Assembly (NCBI GenBank): GCA_000165425.1
Contig: CT868108.1
Location: forward strand, 434,001 to 498,000
Reading direction: 5' to 3'
DNA from: Paramecium tetraurelia
Taxonomy: Eukaryota
Length of the DNA stretch: 64,000 bases
The notes under the pieces are model-generated. The model searched no databases and had not been told where the DNA came from. It saw only the letters and a list, made by a program, of their open reading frames with translations. Shown here piece by piece: positions 36,875 through 49,288 of this stretch. Position numbers and translations under genes: made by a program. The stretch's first letter is position 1; the number at the start of each line of letters is the position of its first letter.

Positions 36875-37072
36875 TAGATTACCCTATAAGTGGTTCGATA
36901 GATTTAGAGTAGTAAATCTATAATTAGATGGAAATATACCCTGCGTTATTATATAATAACATACATAAAATGATGGCTTATTTAGCAATACTCATTAGGC
37001 GTTTTATGTAAATATATAATATTTTACAACAATAAAAATAATTAATATCAATCAAAGGCAATGCCCTCCTTC

Positions 37073-40000
37073 TCATTTATTTCCTATTGAATTTTACTAA
37101 AATGAATAAACACTTATTCCAAAGAGCTAAACGATAAACTTATAACAATACTTTTCCTCAATTTAGAAATCTTCAATATTGCCTTCCTATTGTTACCTCT
37201 AAAAGAAGTTGAATGATTTATAAAAACTAAATCCTTCTTTTGGGACTGAGTACATTAAATAGCCTTCCCTCCTTTCATCTAATTACTAAGCATTAGGAAA
37301 TTAGTTTTAAATGCTACTCGTCACTTAAGGATTGATATATTTAATTTAGATTTGATAACCGCTTCCATGTTTTCTAATAATAAATTGAAATGAATACTGT
37401 CTTAAATCCTAAGGTGAGCCTAAACATTTGAATTGTCCAGCTATCAATATTCCAATTCTATCACTAAGACTTTCAGCTTCTTCGATGGTATGAGTTGTCA
37501 TAATTGCTGAACAAGCTCTTAATTGAATATTTCTCTTTAATGTATTAAATAGAAATCTTCTTGAAATTGGATCTACTCCAGTACTAGGTTCATCAAAAAA
37601 GGTAATATCACTTCCTCCAATTAAGGCATCGGCAACACACAGCTTTCTTTTGTTACCCCCACTCAATTAGCCAGCTTTTGTCTTAATAAACAAATCTAAT
37701 TGCATAGTTTTAATGAAATATGCAACAGCAGTTTACAATTCTTTCCCTTATAATCCTTTGATTCTACCAAATAATTAAAGATGCTCTACAGGAGTGAGAT
37801 TTTCCCATATACAATCAAATTGTGGACACACTCCTACATGTTACATAACACTCATGATCTATTATTTTGGTTCAATATCATTTAACAATGCCTGACCAGC
37901 TGTTGGAGTGTTAATTCCAGAAAAAATATTAATTAAAGTAGATTTACCAGCTCCATTTGGACCAATAATTCCCAGAATCTCACCCTTTTTCACACTGAAT
38001 GTAAGTTACTACAAAGTTGGTTTGCCTTTAATATATTATTTTTCCAAGAATTTAGATTTAATGGGATCATTATTATTAGGTTTAAGAACTCTATCTCTTT
38101 CATTTTAAACTTCTTCTTCTACATTGTCTTGGATTTCTTATTGCGTATGATTGTGGATCAATAATGACTTTTTATTTTCTAGGAAGAATAAGACTCCAGC
38201 AAAAACAGCAATCTATCCCAACATAATTAATAGATATTATTCAGTTGTTGTTAATAGATAGGGAGCTTCGAAAAAGGCTTCTACGTCATCATAATTATTG
38301 GCAGTGAACAAATAAGCTGAGAAGAAAGCATAAAATGGTGATATGACCTATTTTTAAATTAAAATAATACCGAAAACAAAATCTCTAAAACATAAAGGAC
38401 ATTCTCAAGGAATGTAGGTTTATCAAACTCTTTGTAAAAGAAGAAAGCAAAGGCGAATGTGATATTGGGTAAACAGAAGAGTATAAAAAAACAAAAGATA
38501 GTGAACAATTTCAATGCACTCTCCAATTTATTAAATACAAATCCCATTATATATGCGAATAAAATTTAACTTGGTCCAAATAATAAAAAGCATGAAAGTG
38601 CTCTTATAATATTATCAAAAACGATATTTAAGTCTAGTAAGGCTGAAACTATTAAAAATAGTAGCAAATTTAAAAAGAATATTATTAGATCAAATAAAAA
38701 TGTTCCTAACCAATAGGTAGAGTTTCTTAAGCCCATACCATGTAATGATTATTTCAATTAGTATTCTTTTTCAAGGACAGGTTAAGTGATATAAATTGTT
38801 GCATTGAAACAGAATGCGATCACACAACAAGATGCTAGGAGATTGATTTTAAAGTGGTCCAAAACATAATCAGGTAATTCCTTATACTATTCATCTTAAA
38901 ATTTAACATAGGCAACAACAACAAGTCCATTAATAAAAGCAATCATAGGAATGATAATTGAAAAATAATTAGTGGTAGTTCTAACTACAGTATAGTATCT
39001 CCTTAAGAAAATTGCCATGATTTAGCTGAAAAAGGAATACGAAGGATCATTAGACAAACATTTAGGTATTGATTTTAAATCATTTTCAACCTCTTCCTCC
39101 TTAACTTCAACAGGGTAAGAATAAAACTCCTAGTTATCTCTCTCAGTATCGTCATCAGTGGCAGGAATGCCTAAACTTTATTTTGCAATTTATATCTCAC
39201 TCTTTCTCCTAAAAGAGAGTTGAGCCTGTTCTTCTTCCATACCTATTTTGACAAAAGCATCTTCAAGTGTTTTCATGGATAATCCAATTTAGACAGACAT
39301 TTCTTCTAGTTCCTAAAACAATTATCCAAGAGAATTTTTAGAAGTAAAAGGAATATTAAATACGTATTAGTTTTCATTGGAATGCTCAGTTTCCAAAAAA
39401 CACTCTGGTACATATTTATTGACTTTCTCATATATTTAATTTTTCAAAGCAACATCATTAAATGTTAATTTAAGATTGTAACCTTCTCCAAACTTCTTTT
39501 TAATGAAATTAGATGTACCCACAGCCAATAATTATCCTTTCGACATAATTCCTATCCTATTGGCCAAGACTTCAGCCTCATCAAGATGATGAGTAGTTAA
39601 TATTATGGTTCTTTGATCCTATCTTATTCTCTCTAGGATAGTCCAAATTTATCTTCTTGAATAAGCATCCATTCCAGAAGTAGGCTCATCTAAAAATATG
39701 ATCTTTGAATTTCCCACTAAACTCATTCCTAAAGACAACTTCCTTTTTGATCCTCCAGATAGAACTTTCACCTCAAGAGATCTCTCTCCAATTAGATCGG
39801 TTTTCCTCAAAATATCAAGTATTTCTTATTTATCAACTCTCCCCTTTATAGAACTTATATATTCTAGATTTTCCTCTACTGTTAAATCCTCATATAAGCA
39901 ATCCTTCTATGTACAAAGCCCTAAGGACTATCTTATCTTAGGTAATTAAGTATCCAAGTTCATTCCATACATGCTAACCAAACCTGAAGTTTTTGAAATC

Positions 40001-41199
40001 ATCCCAGTCAACACGCTTATAGCAGTAGTCTTTCCAGCACCATTATGTCCCAACAAACAGAATATTTCTGACTCATATAGGTAGAGTGAGATATTATCAA
40101 CAGCCTTGAGAGTTCCAAACCTTTTTTATAAATTCTTAATTATTATACTGGGAGGGGAAGAATACTTTATTTCTTCATGATAAATAGCAGAACTTACATC
40201 ATTATCATCTGTTGTTAGTTAAGCAAATAAATCATTTTCTTTGATTTATACTTTATTTCTTTTTAAAAAGAATAAAGGTTCCTTGGCTACTCCATATTCA
40301 TTTGGAATTACTTATTCGCAATATAAAAATAAGAGAAAATAGACAACGGCTTAAGCAGCCATTTGTGTTCCTTCAAATGTTGGTGAGTATATATCCATAA
40401 TCTATAATGATGGAAACAAATTGGCTGACAAAATATCCCCTGGAACACCAGGTTTCATAGAGGCAACATAAGTAAAGGCTATGCTGCATTGGGGACTGAA
40501 AATGCTTAGGAAAAAGTAGAATGGGAAGGAATTCGCTGCGCTTTCTACAAAAGTGAAATATATAAAGAAGACACAAGCTATTTAAAAAAAACTTTAAATT
40601 TCTCCTGCAATTTTGACTTCATTAAATAAACTTGAAAATAGGAAGATTTGATTCATAGACTAGTTGAATATACATATTCTATTACTGCTATTGAAAATAG
40701 AAAATATGGCCATGTCAAGGAGATAAAACTCTCATTAAATTATTCTTCCCAACTTATTCCAAATATAGGAAACATCAAATACCAAGACAATTCAAAAATG
40801 ATTACTGCCTAATTATAATTCTGTTGTATACTATTATGACTCTAATGTATCCAGTCAGAACCCAACCTATCAGATAAGACTTCTCAGACATGCCCATAAT
40901 CTAATCTTAAGATAAATAAGTGTACCTTCTGAAGTTCCTTGTATCGTTTACTTTTCTCTTCCACCAACTTGATCAATATTGATCTCTGCGTTGAGGCTGT
41001 TGCCAAACTATAAAGCAATGGCATTAACTATTTCATTTCGGAAAGGTACTCTATTATAAAATCAAATAATTCTACCTCTGAAAGTGAGCATTATGGAAAC
41101 AATGATCGGAAGCAATACTTCTATGAATACCTCTCTATTTCTATAACTAATAAGTAGGTTTTTCTTGATAAGACTGATTATCTATTGTTAGGAATTCAT
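37073..41199 (-). CDS. Full-size ABCA-family ABC transporter (TMD-NBD-TMD-NBD)
   Basis: [20 protein letters not shown]1 [41 protein letters not shown]2 [34 protein letters not shown] near end. Confidence 0.95.
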
Positions 41200-41389
41200 A
41201 GAGATAAAAAAATGTTCTTAATTATTTTATATAAAAATTAAATATTAAATTTCTAATATATGAAAAAAGATTTAAATAATTAACAAAAAGTCTAAAAATA
41301 TTATATATAAAATATATATAAATTTAAAAGTTTTTTGCTATAAAATGCTCAGTTTATAGTGAATATAATTATATCTGTTAATTTAATCA

Positions 41390-42064
41390 AAATTTTTTCT
41401 TAGATTTAAAAACTAGTACATTTGTCTCGGACATGTCGTCATCAAAAATTTCGTTTTGTGTTTAATTCAATGTATTCAGCTTTTCTTCTTTTTTTGCATA
41501 AGAGATTATTTAATATTTATTTTTCCCAATCAACTTGTTTTCAAAATGATTAATTTAATGTAATGCCTCACTAATAAGGGGTTTAACATCGACTTCACTA
41601 TTTTACAGATATGTAATCTCAGCTCTAGGGAAAATGTCACTTTCTTCATTGGATATGAAATATTCTTATTTAATTTTTTTATATGATCTCTTTGTCGAAA
41701 CAGAAATCATTTTATTACAAAATATATCTCTTTCAGATCTCTGTTTGTTTAAAGTTTGACTATGCTTTTGAGATTCTGAATGTATTCTTTCTGTACTTTT
41801 TAGGACATATTTGATAACTCCATGTTTTTATACTGTGGTTTTAAACATAGGTGAAGGAGCTATACGAGGCCTATTAACAAAGAGGTTCGGTTGGATTTGA
41901 TAACTACTGTTAGCTGTCCCCTCATACTCATCATTGAATTTACGTTTCTCCTTTGATGGAGATTTTGTATAAGATAGATGAGTTTCTAGGACCTTCTAAA
42001 TAGGTTTCTCCCTTTGTATTCTTGAATTCCCTCGATAATATTCGTTTTAAGAACTTGTGTTCAT
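41390..42064 (-). CDS. Hypothetical protein (3' end uncertain)
   Basis: MNTSSQNEYYRGNSRIQREKPIQKVLETHLSYTKSPSKEKR... open frame. Confidence 0.55.
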
Positions 42065-42105
42065 AATTAATGTATATTTTGTTTATTTCTTATTAATGTA
42101 ATTTA

Positions 42106-43133
42106 TCAATCATCTTCAGAATCATCATCATCTGCTAAAAAGTCTTCGATTGAATCCTCCTCATCCACGAAATCATCATCGTCTTCAACATCATCCTAAA
42201 CAACTTATTATTCTTCTTCATCACTGATATCTTCGTTTTCTTAGTTCTCCTTCTTTTTCTTAGGTTAGGCCACTTTCTTGATTTTTTATTTAATTGGTTT
42301 AGGTTCCTTTGGAACTTTAGGGGGTTTAGGCTCTTTGGGAGCTTTTGGTTCCTTAGGAGGCTTGGGCTCTTTGGGAGGTTTAGGTTCCTTGGGAGGCTTT
42401 GGTTCTTTAGGAGGTTTAGGTTCTTTGGGTGGTTTTGGTTCTTTGGGAGCCTTTTTGGGTTTAGCCTCAACTTCTACAGGAGTAGGATTGGGGTTATTAG
42501 GATCAGCGTTTGCTTCTTATTCTGCCTTTTTTGCAGCTTGGTCAGCTAGTTTCTCTGCCTTAATTCTTTATCTCTCAGCTTTGTCTATTTCTTGTTGTTG
42601 TTGCTCTAATATTCTGTCATTCATGAATTTAAAGTCTTTCCAAAGTGATTAGAAGTTTTCATCGAATTGTTGTACAAGTTTCTTGCTTTTTATTAAAAGT
42701 AGGTTTTCCTTGTTGGTTGTAACTGCAGACTTAGTCCAGTTAAAGGAACCTGTGGCTATGTAATCTGTATCGATCACTAAATATTTATTGTGCATCAAAC
42801 TAACTGTTGAATTATCGAGTTTGATTTCTGCCTGAGAAAATAACGCTAATAAAATACCTATCCTTTTCCTTCTTCTAATATTTAATCCAAGATGGCTTTT
42901 TATGAAGGTATCTTGGTCTGAGCATCATCGGTAATCACTTGAATCTTTAATTCAGGATTCTCTTTCATCATCTACAACATTTTGCCAACAATATTTTTAT
43001 TGGTAAATGTGTAAACACAGATACGGATATATTGTTTGGCTTAAGAGAGAAACTGAATAAGTTTTTATTCATTCTCTTTGGATGGAAAGAATAAAGGTTC
43101 GATGGATACTTAATCTGATCTTTCTTCTTCCAT
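42106..43133 (-). CDS. Single-HKD phospholipase D-family protein (Zucchini/PLD6/Nuc-like) with PKEPK repeats and an acidic tail
   Basis: MEEERSDQVSIEPLFFPSKENEQKLIQFLSQAKQYIRICVYTFTN...IQVITDD...LMHNKYLVIDTDYIATGSFNWTKSAVTTNKENL (HxKx4Dx6GSxN); one intron. Confidence 0.9.
42295..42447 (-). repeat. Coding minisatellite, 18-bp unit encoding PKEPK[P/A], 8 copies
   Basis: PKEPKP x5, PKEPKA, PKEPKP, PKV, PKEPKP; variation mostly at synonymous positions. Confidence 0.9.
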
Positions 43134-43152
43134 ATATAATATTTAAAATTAT

Positions 43153-44159
43153 TCAAAGTGTGTTAATTAATTGTAGTAATTTTTATTTCCATTGTTGTTT
43201 TTCTTCCTCATTCACTTTAGCCAATGACATTTCGAAACACTCAAATTACAATTTTATGTGTTATTCACCTTCGAATTGGCTGGTGTCGAGGTCATCATTG
43301 TTAAATATCTCCTAATTTGGACTTTAATTAATATTGTAGTCTTCCACAGAATGAAAATGATCACTTATGGAATGTGTGGAGGGTTGCTTAAGTTAAGTGG
43401 GTTTTTCTGTTTAATCCAATTTATTTTGGTGAATCTAAATTTAGAAATTAAAGTAACGAATTACTTCTATTGCATATTAGTCATGAAGAGTTAAAAAATA
43501 TTTTAAATTTTCCTCGAACTCTTATAATACTTTGACTAGGTCTTGGGAATGAGGTGCTTGTTCATTTTATTTTAAAGAGAATTGAATCTTTCTCAAGGTT
43601 TCAATAAGTGTCTATCCTCGGGCATGAAACTATAAAATAACGAAGCAAAATTACGCTATCACATCGACAACGAGGACTTTAAATGGATGATAAAAAACCA
43701 CCAACTGAAGACACATTTGTTTATTTATTGCCAAATGAATCTCGGTCTTATAATATTTTATATCGTTTACTAGAATTGCTGTCTTTTATTTTTTTATGCG
43801 AATCAATTCTATGACTCTTTTAACGATCTTCAGCAGTCGCCTGTATGACTTAAAGTTAAAAATCTTTTTAGGAAAGTTAAAGTTCTAAAATTTAGATGCT
43901 CAAATAGTCATACTCAAAGTATTTTGATCTCTTTCAGATTATCGCAGAGTTTCCAAGGTTTACTCCAATAATTGCTTATATTGTTTGACCTCCATCTCCA
44001 GAGACTTATTGCTCTACTACAGTTTCTAAATTTTAGAAAACGAATTACTTGATTATCAGATTAGAGGTTGGGAATAATTTAAATGTCAATCACTTATTTA
44101 GGTGAACCTTCGATAGATTGACTTGAATGAATAATCTCAACATCATCTTCATCCAACAT
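43153..44159 (-). CDS. Hypothetical coiled-coil protein (about five tiny introns)
   Basis: MLDEDDVEIIHSSQSIEGSPKQ... to ...EEEKQQWKQKLLQLINTL*; frame kept by GTA..AG introns. Confidence 0.7.
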
Positions 44160-44354
44160 TCTTGTACTAATTTAAAATATTATATGTATATACACTCCAA
44201 TAAAATTTATAAATATACATATATATATATACTCATTAGTTGTTTTAGCCACATGCATTATTATGATAAAAATCGAGGCTAAATGATGTTTGATTTTGAA
44301 AGAAAAAATATATAAAAGATTTTTTTGTTTTATTTATCATTCCAATCTCCCCAA

Positions 44355-46176
44355 ATGAACAACTAAAATGATGATTATCTGCCTTCATTGCTAAAGGAAT
44401 TTCAGGGAACCGAAAATGCAGAGGGACAGTTATCTGAATACCAGAAAGTTAAGTAAGGGCTTCTTTCCTATTACAAGACTGGGGAACTTAGGCTTGATGA
44501 CTCCAATGAGCAACACATTAACAACAGACTTCGAGTAAATGACATTGGACACATCACCTAAAGAAAGTGTATTCAATCAAAATAACTATCTCAATTATGA
44601 CACCATTGATGAATAAGAAGAAAACATATGCAAATTATAAGTACCTGGGACACTTAATGCTTCGAAACATTAAAGTTTTAAAGTGCCCAAAGAATAAAAA
44701 CGAAAATCTCCAAAACATAAAACATGTTAACCGCAACTGACTGAACCTCTGAGTCAAGGAGTTGAAGAGAATTAGGATGCCATTTTGGAAATGTAATCTC
44801 CTAGCTCGAATGATACTCCTTAACTTAATGCTCAAACTTTATAATTAATCAAAGAACTCTGGAATTCAGAAAAGAATGAGTCTGAGTACTTCCAGGACAT
44901 CATTGATGGCCATTCCGTTCCTCAAGGCCTGTCTTATGAATATAGTTACCTCAATTAACCGATTTACTCTCCACTTCTTGAATCTCAAAGCCCCTAAGTA
45001 CAATTTGAACCAGATATTGAAATGGATCTTTGTGTGACTTCTTTAGTAGTAATAAACATGGCTTAAATCTATAGGATTAACTTTGGGGAAACCAAATTGT
45101 TAGCCGAAAATTGCAGAAAATGTTGGAACAAGGCACTTAGGAACAGAAAGAGTTGATCGCCTAAAAACTGGAACGTATTAGTCCCTAAATTGAGAAAGAC
45201 GTATTTGGCAATTATGTTGTGTAGAAGCTCTTTGAATGCAGTATGTTTCATATCAATTTTTAGCTAACCAAAAGATACAATTAAGGATGTTCAATAAATT
45301 GAAATCTCATTTCTATGATCTATCAAAGAATAACTTCGGATGCAGAGTAATGCAGAAGCTGATTGAATACACCTACAATCGCGAAGAGTTACAACTAGTT
45401 GTGCTATAGCAATTACAATCTAATATGAGATCTTTGATCTACGATTTGAATGGCAATTATGTCATTTTCAAAATGTTAGAAACCTATGACAAATTGAAGA
45501 TGGAATTTCTCATTCCCATCGTAGAAGAATCTGTAAGTTTACTCATTGAACTATTTAGTTTAACTACATGGGCTAATAAATATATGGCTGCAAAATTATT
45601 CATAAAGTTATATAATAATATACTCCACAACAAATAAGTAGAATAATTAGATTATCTGTGTAGAATTATAGTATACTGAGTTAAACTGAATATGGAAATT
45701 ATGTCTTATAACATATTTTATAGTATTGGAAACCAAGCTAAGAAAAAGGATATTTAGTTCAATTAGTTATATAGTAATTTTACTAGCTTAGCATTAACAA
45801 ATACGCAAGGTATCTTATTCTATATCATTTCAAGTAATACTGTAGAACGAGCCTTGGAAGTCTTAGGCAAGCAAGAGCTGATCGCAGTCATGAAATGGCT
45901 TCTTTGTCGAAGTCCAAATTAATAGTAAAATCATAATCCGACTAACTCTAGTTCAAGCAATTTCGTTGTCTTAGCTAACCATCAATATGCAAATTATGTT
46001 ATAAAGAAATTTTTAGTTTTATGTGACCACAATGTACAAAAATATATATCAGATCATTTATATTAAAATTAATCAGAACTAACAGCCATCAAATCGACTG
46101 TGCATGGTATCATTTAAATAGAGTATAATTAGGCCAAAGAATTTATAGTCTATTAGAAAAATAAATCCAACACTGA
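44355..46176 (+). CDS. Pumilio/PUF-family RNA-binding protein (8 repeats)
   Basis: Repeat cores SRKLQ, FGNYVVQK, FGCRVMQK, NGNYVIFK, YGCKIIHK, YGNYVLQH, YASNTVER, YANYVIKK. Confidence 0.92.
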
Positions 46177-46199
46177 GCTTTATTACAAATATCTAATTT

Positions 46200-47392
46200 C
46201 GATGAATAAATATAAAGAATATATCATGATAAAAATTAACTATATCTTCTTAAATCTTCTTCGCTAATTACAACATTATCTAAAGATTAAAGCAACTTAT
46301 CATTATTTTACTCTTCAATTTAATCCTCTATCTTGCAACTAGCAGTGTATTTATACTGAGAATTAAAAGCTATGAGTCCCTTCCTAAATTATTCTGTTGG
46401 CAATATCGATAATGTGTCTAAAATAGACTCTCTGAACTCATCGAAATTAATAGTCAGATCATCATTCTCAATTGCTGAAATATCCTTATTAACTTGGGTT
46501 GTCTTGAAGATATCAAAAAAGATATGGAATCTCGCGTTTTCCTTCATCCCCTATTTAGACTATGTGAATTCATAGCAATTAGATTCTAATTCTTTCATAA
46601 TTTGCTTAGTACAATGTTCAATTTTATTTTCTAAAACACTAATTTTATATTTCATTTCTGTGTTCTTCGTATATTAATAGATCATCTTATTGCTACAATT
46701 ACAGAAAATATTACATGGCATAAAACTCATTTTTATTTGACGCTCTATAAATGGATACTTGTTCTTAAGTGATTGTGAACACAAGATCTTCTTCGAAATC
46801 AAATTTGCAATCAGAATACTCAATAAATTTCTCCATTTCTTACCTAATTAAAATAATTCGAAAATACTTCCTTCCTAGCATATAGCTGCTCCTGTGGAAT
46901 TTATTTTTATCTTCATTTGCTTTTAACCTCCTTCCTTTGTAATCTTATAAATTTTGAATTCCTTGTCATATTTGGTAAATTAATAATTCTCATTCTAATT
47001 GAATTGTGAATCATAAGTATTTTAACTTAATTAGCTCAGCATATAATCAAGATAAAAAGAAAATTTGTAGACCTTTGTTAAAAATAAAATCTTGAATGGT
47101 TGCTCATTTCTACGCAACTTACGTTTTATGCTTATACCCCCTAAGGATGGCTCATTTTTTTTGTGTGTCAATAAATAAATTTAGTATTATAGCTTCCCTG
47201 AGTTAATCTTTTAAATTTACCATTCAAATTCAGCTCTTTGATCAACTCATCTATAATTTAGCCAACTGTGGTTCCTCTGTTATACCTTACTTTAGCATAG
47301 AGCTTCATGTCTGTTTTATAGTACACCTTAACAATATCATTGTCCTATTGTTGTTGAGACAACTTCCGAAAAGAATTTGTAAATAAACTCAT
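46200..47392 (-). CDS. Hypothetical protein, possible N-terminal Ras-association (ubiquitin-fold) domain (3' end uncertain)
   Basis: MSLFTNSFRKLSQQQQDNDIVKVYY...RGTTVGQIIDELIKEL...RKLRRNEQPFKIL resembles an RA-domain pattern. Confidence 0.55.
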
Positions 47393-47404
47393 TTAATAAT
47401 AAAC

Positions 47405-49124
47405 TCATTTTCTCATATAAGGGTGATTGCATGCTTAGTGAATATCAAATCTATCCTACTATTTATGATTTAAACATCCCTCAATGAATTCCCTGCATTC
47501 CTTTGACAAAGTTGGTTTTTCTGGAAACACTACTTTTTCGGAAGTCTCAATTATCTACCATAAAAATCAAATTTACCCTATGTTTCAATATAGTTTCTTA
47601 ACTTTCTCCATTTCCGAAAGGCTTCAACCCATAGAGCATTTCAAAGAAGATAACTCCAATTGACCAAATATCCACTTTGTTTGAGATTACTTAAGGATTA
47701 TCCCCTTTGGCGAAACATTCAGGAGGCAAATACCAAAAAGTGCCAGCTCCTTAGGTTGTAAATTCAATCTGAGAATTTTCTGATTCTAATTCTTTACACA
47801 ATCCAAAATCGCAAAGTTTTACATCATTTTAATTGAATAAGATATTTTAAGGCTTAATATCATAATGGATGATTTTATTGAAATGAATATACTTTACTGC
47901 CTCAAGCAATTATTAGATAATTAATTTTGCTTCTTTCTCTTCAATCATACCATATTTCTTCATGTAAAAAGATAAATCTTAACCACTACAAAATTCTAGA
48001 ATAGTACAAAAAGTGTTAGAGTCAATCTCGACAGATTCAAACAAGGATATAATATTCGGATGCTATAGTTATTTATGTATTCTAAATTCCTTTGTTACTA
48101 ATTTAACATAATATGATTTCGAATTGACCGTCCAGTTAGAATTTAATTAATGAATTTTGCATGCCACATATTTCATCTCTTTTAAGTCATAACCCTATGT
48201 TATCAAAAATTAAATATACCTTATATACTTCACTGAAACCTCCCTTCCCTAAAAGTGATAATAATACATATCTCTCTCCTATTACAGGATATTAATCAAA
48301 ATTTTTGAATTTTGCATGTTGTTCATCATATCTTAATTTCAAATCTCTAATAAATAATTACTTTTCATTTTCTAAACCATTTAGTTATTTCTCTAATTAT
48401 TCCTCCTCCCTCTAAAGAACCAAATAATTCAATGATTCTCTTGACAATGATATGTTGTATTAATTCTCACATAAATCTAATTATTGCCGAATACTTCCCA
48501 GTTTCTCTTTGAGATCTTTAATTTCTTTACTATCAACCCAAACTTATATGATTTTTGTTTTCTCCCTTGTATATTAATATTGTCCAAATTTTTTGGTATT
48601 CTTTTCAATCAATTAATTCCTTTTTGTTCTCTAATTTTAATCTAATTCAATTGCAAATGCTTTGATAGCTGTGTCATATTTAAAGGACGACGTTTTAAAA
48701 TTCTAGAATTTGTGATTATGATATACTTGAATTTACTGTGTTAGGTCAGAGATGTGCTATTCCAACTATTTAACATGTGAATCCTTTATAGCCAGTTCAT
48801 TTAAACTTCGTTTCAATGCATCGATCGCATGAGTTTCGTTGTTTTCTTCTATTAAAGTTTCTTTATTATAATTATTATAATGCTATTTATTTTATGCATT
48901 TTTGGTAAACTAGGTAATTTGTAATTATTTAAGGAGTGTTTAGTCATAAACAGACTTACGGGCAGGTTTGACTTAAAATTATGAATGAAGTTCCTACTTT
49001 CGAAAGAAGGTATGCTTTCCTTTTAGAATTATTCAAGAATTTCAATTTTTGGTTTCTTGAATATACGGGCTTCCAAATCAGCCAATCTCTCTTTGCAGTT
49101 TTATGGTAGCTTATTAATATTCAT
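47405..49124 (-). CDS. TLK: Tousled-like kinase
   Basis: Coiled-coil N-terminus; [73 protein letters not shown]. Confidence 0.93.
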
Positions 49125-49288
49125 GATGAGAATTAATGTAACTAAATATAATTGATTAATAGTAACATTATGTATTATAAAAATTCAAAGGATAAAATCA
49201 TTTGGATAGGTAAATTATGAAATGTTTATCAATAATTATTATTAATGTGAATACTAATATTAAACTTTTATTTATTTAATTTATCAAT

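Noticed and set aside
42295..42462. TTTGGG-rich tract resembling telomeric repeats, and the + strand GSLGGL ORF (42278-42652)
   Set aside because: Antisense image of Pro/Lys codons in the PKEPK repeat; not tandem telomere units
44170..44240. Short (TA)n runs here and near 23735 and 59360
   Set aside because: Trivial microsatellites expected in AT-rich intergenic DNA
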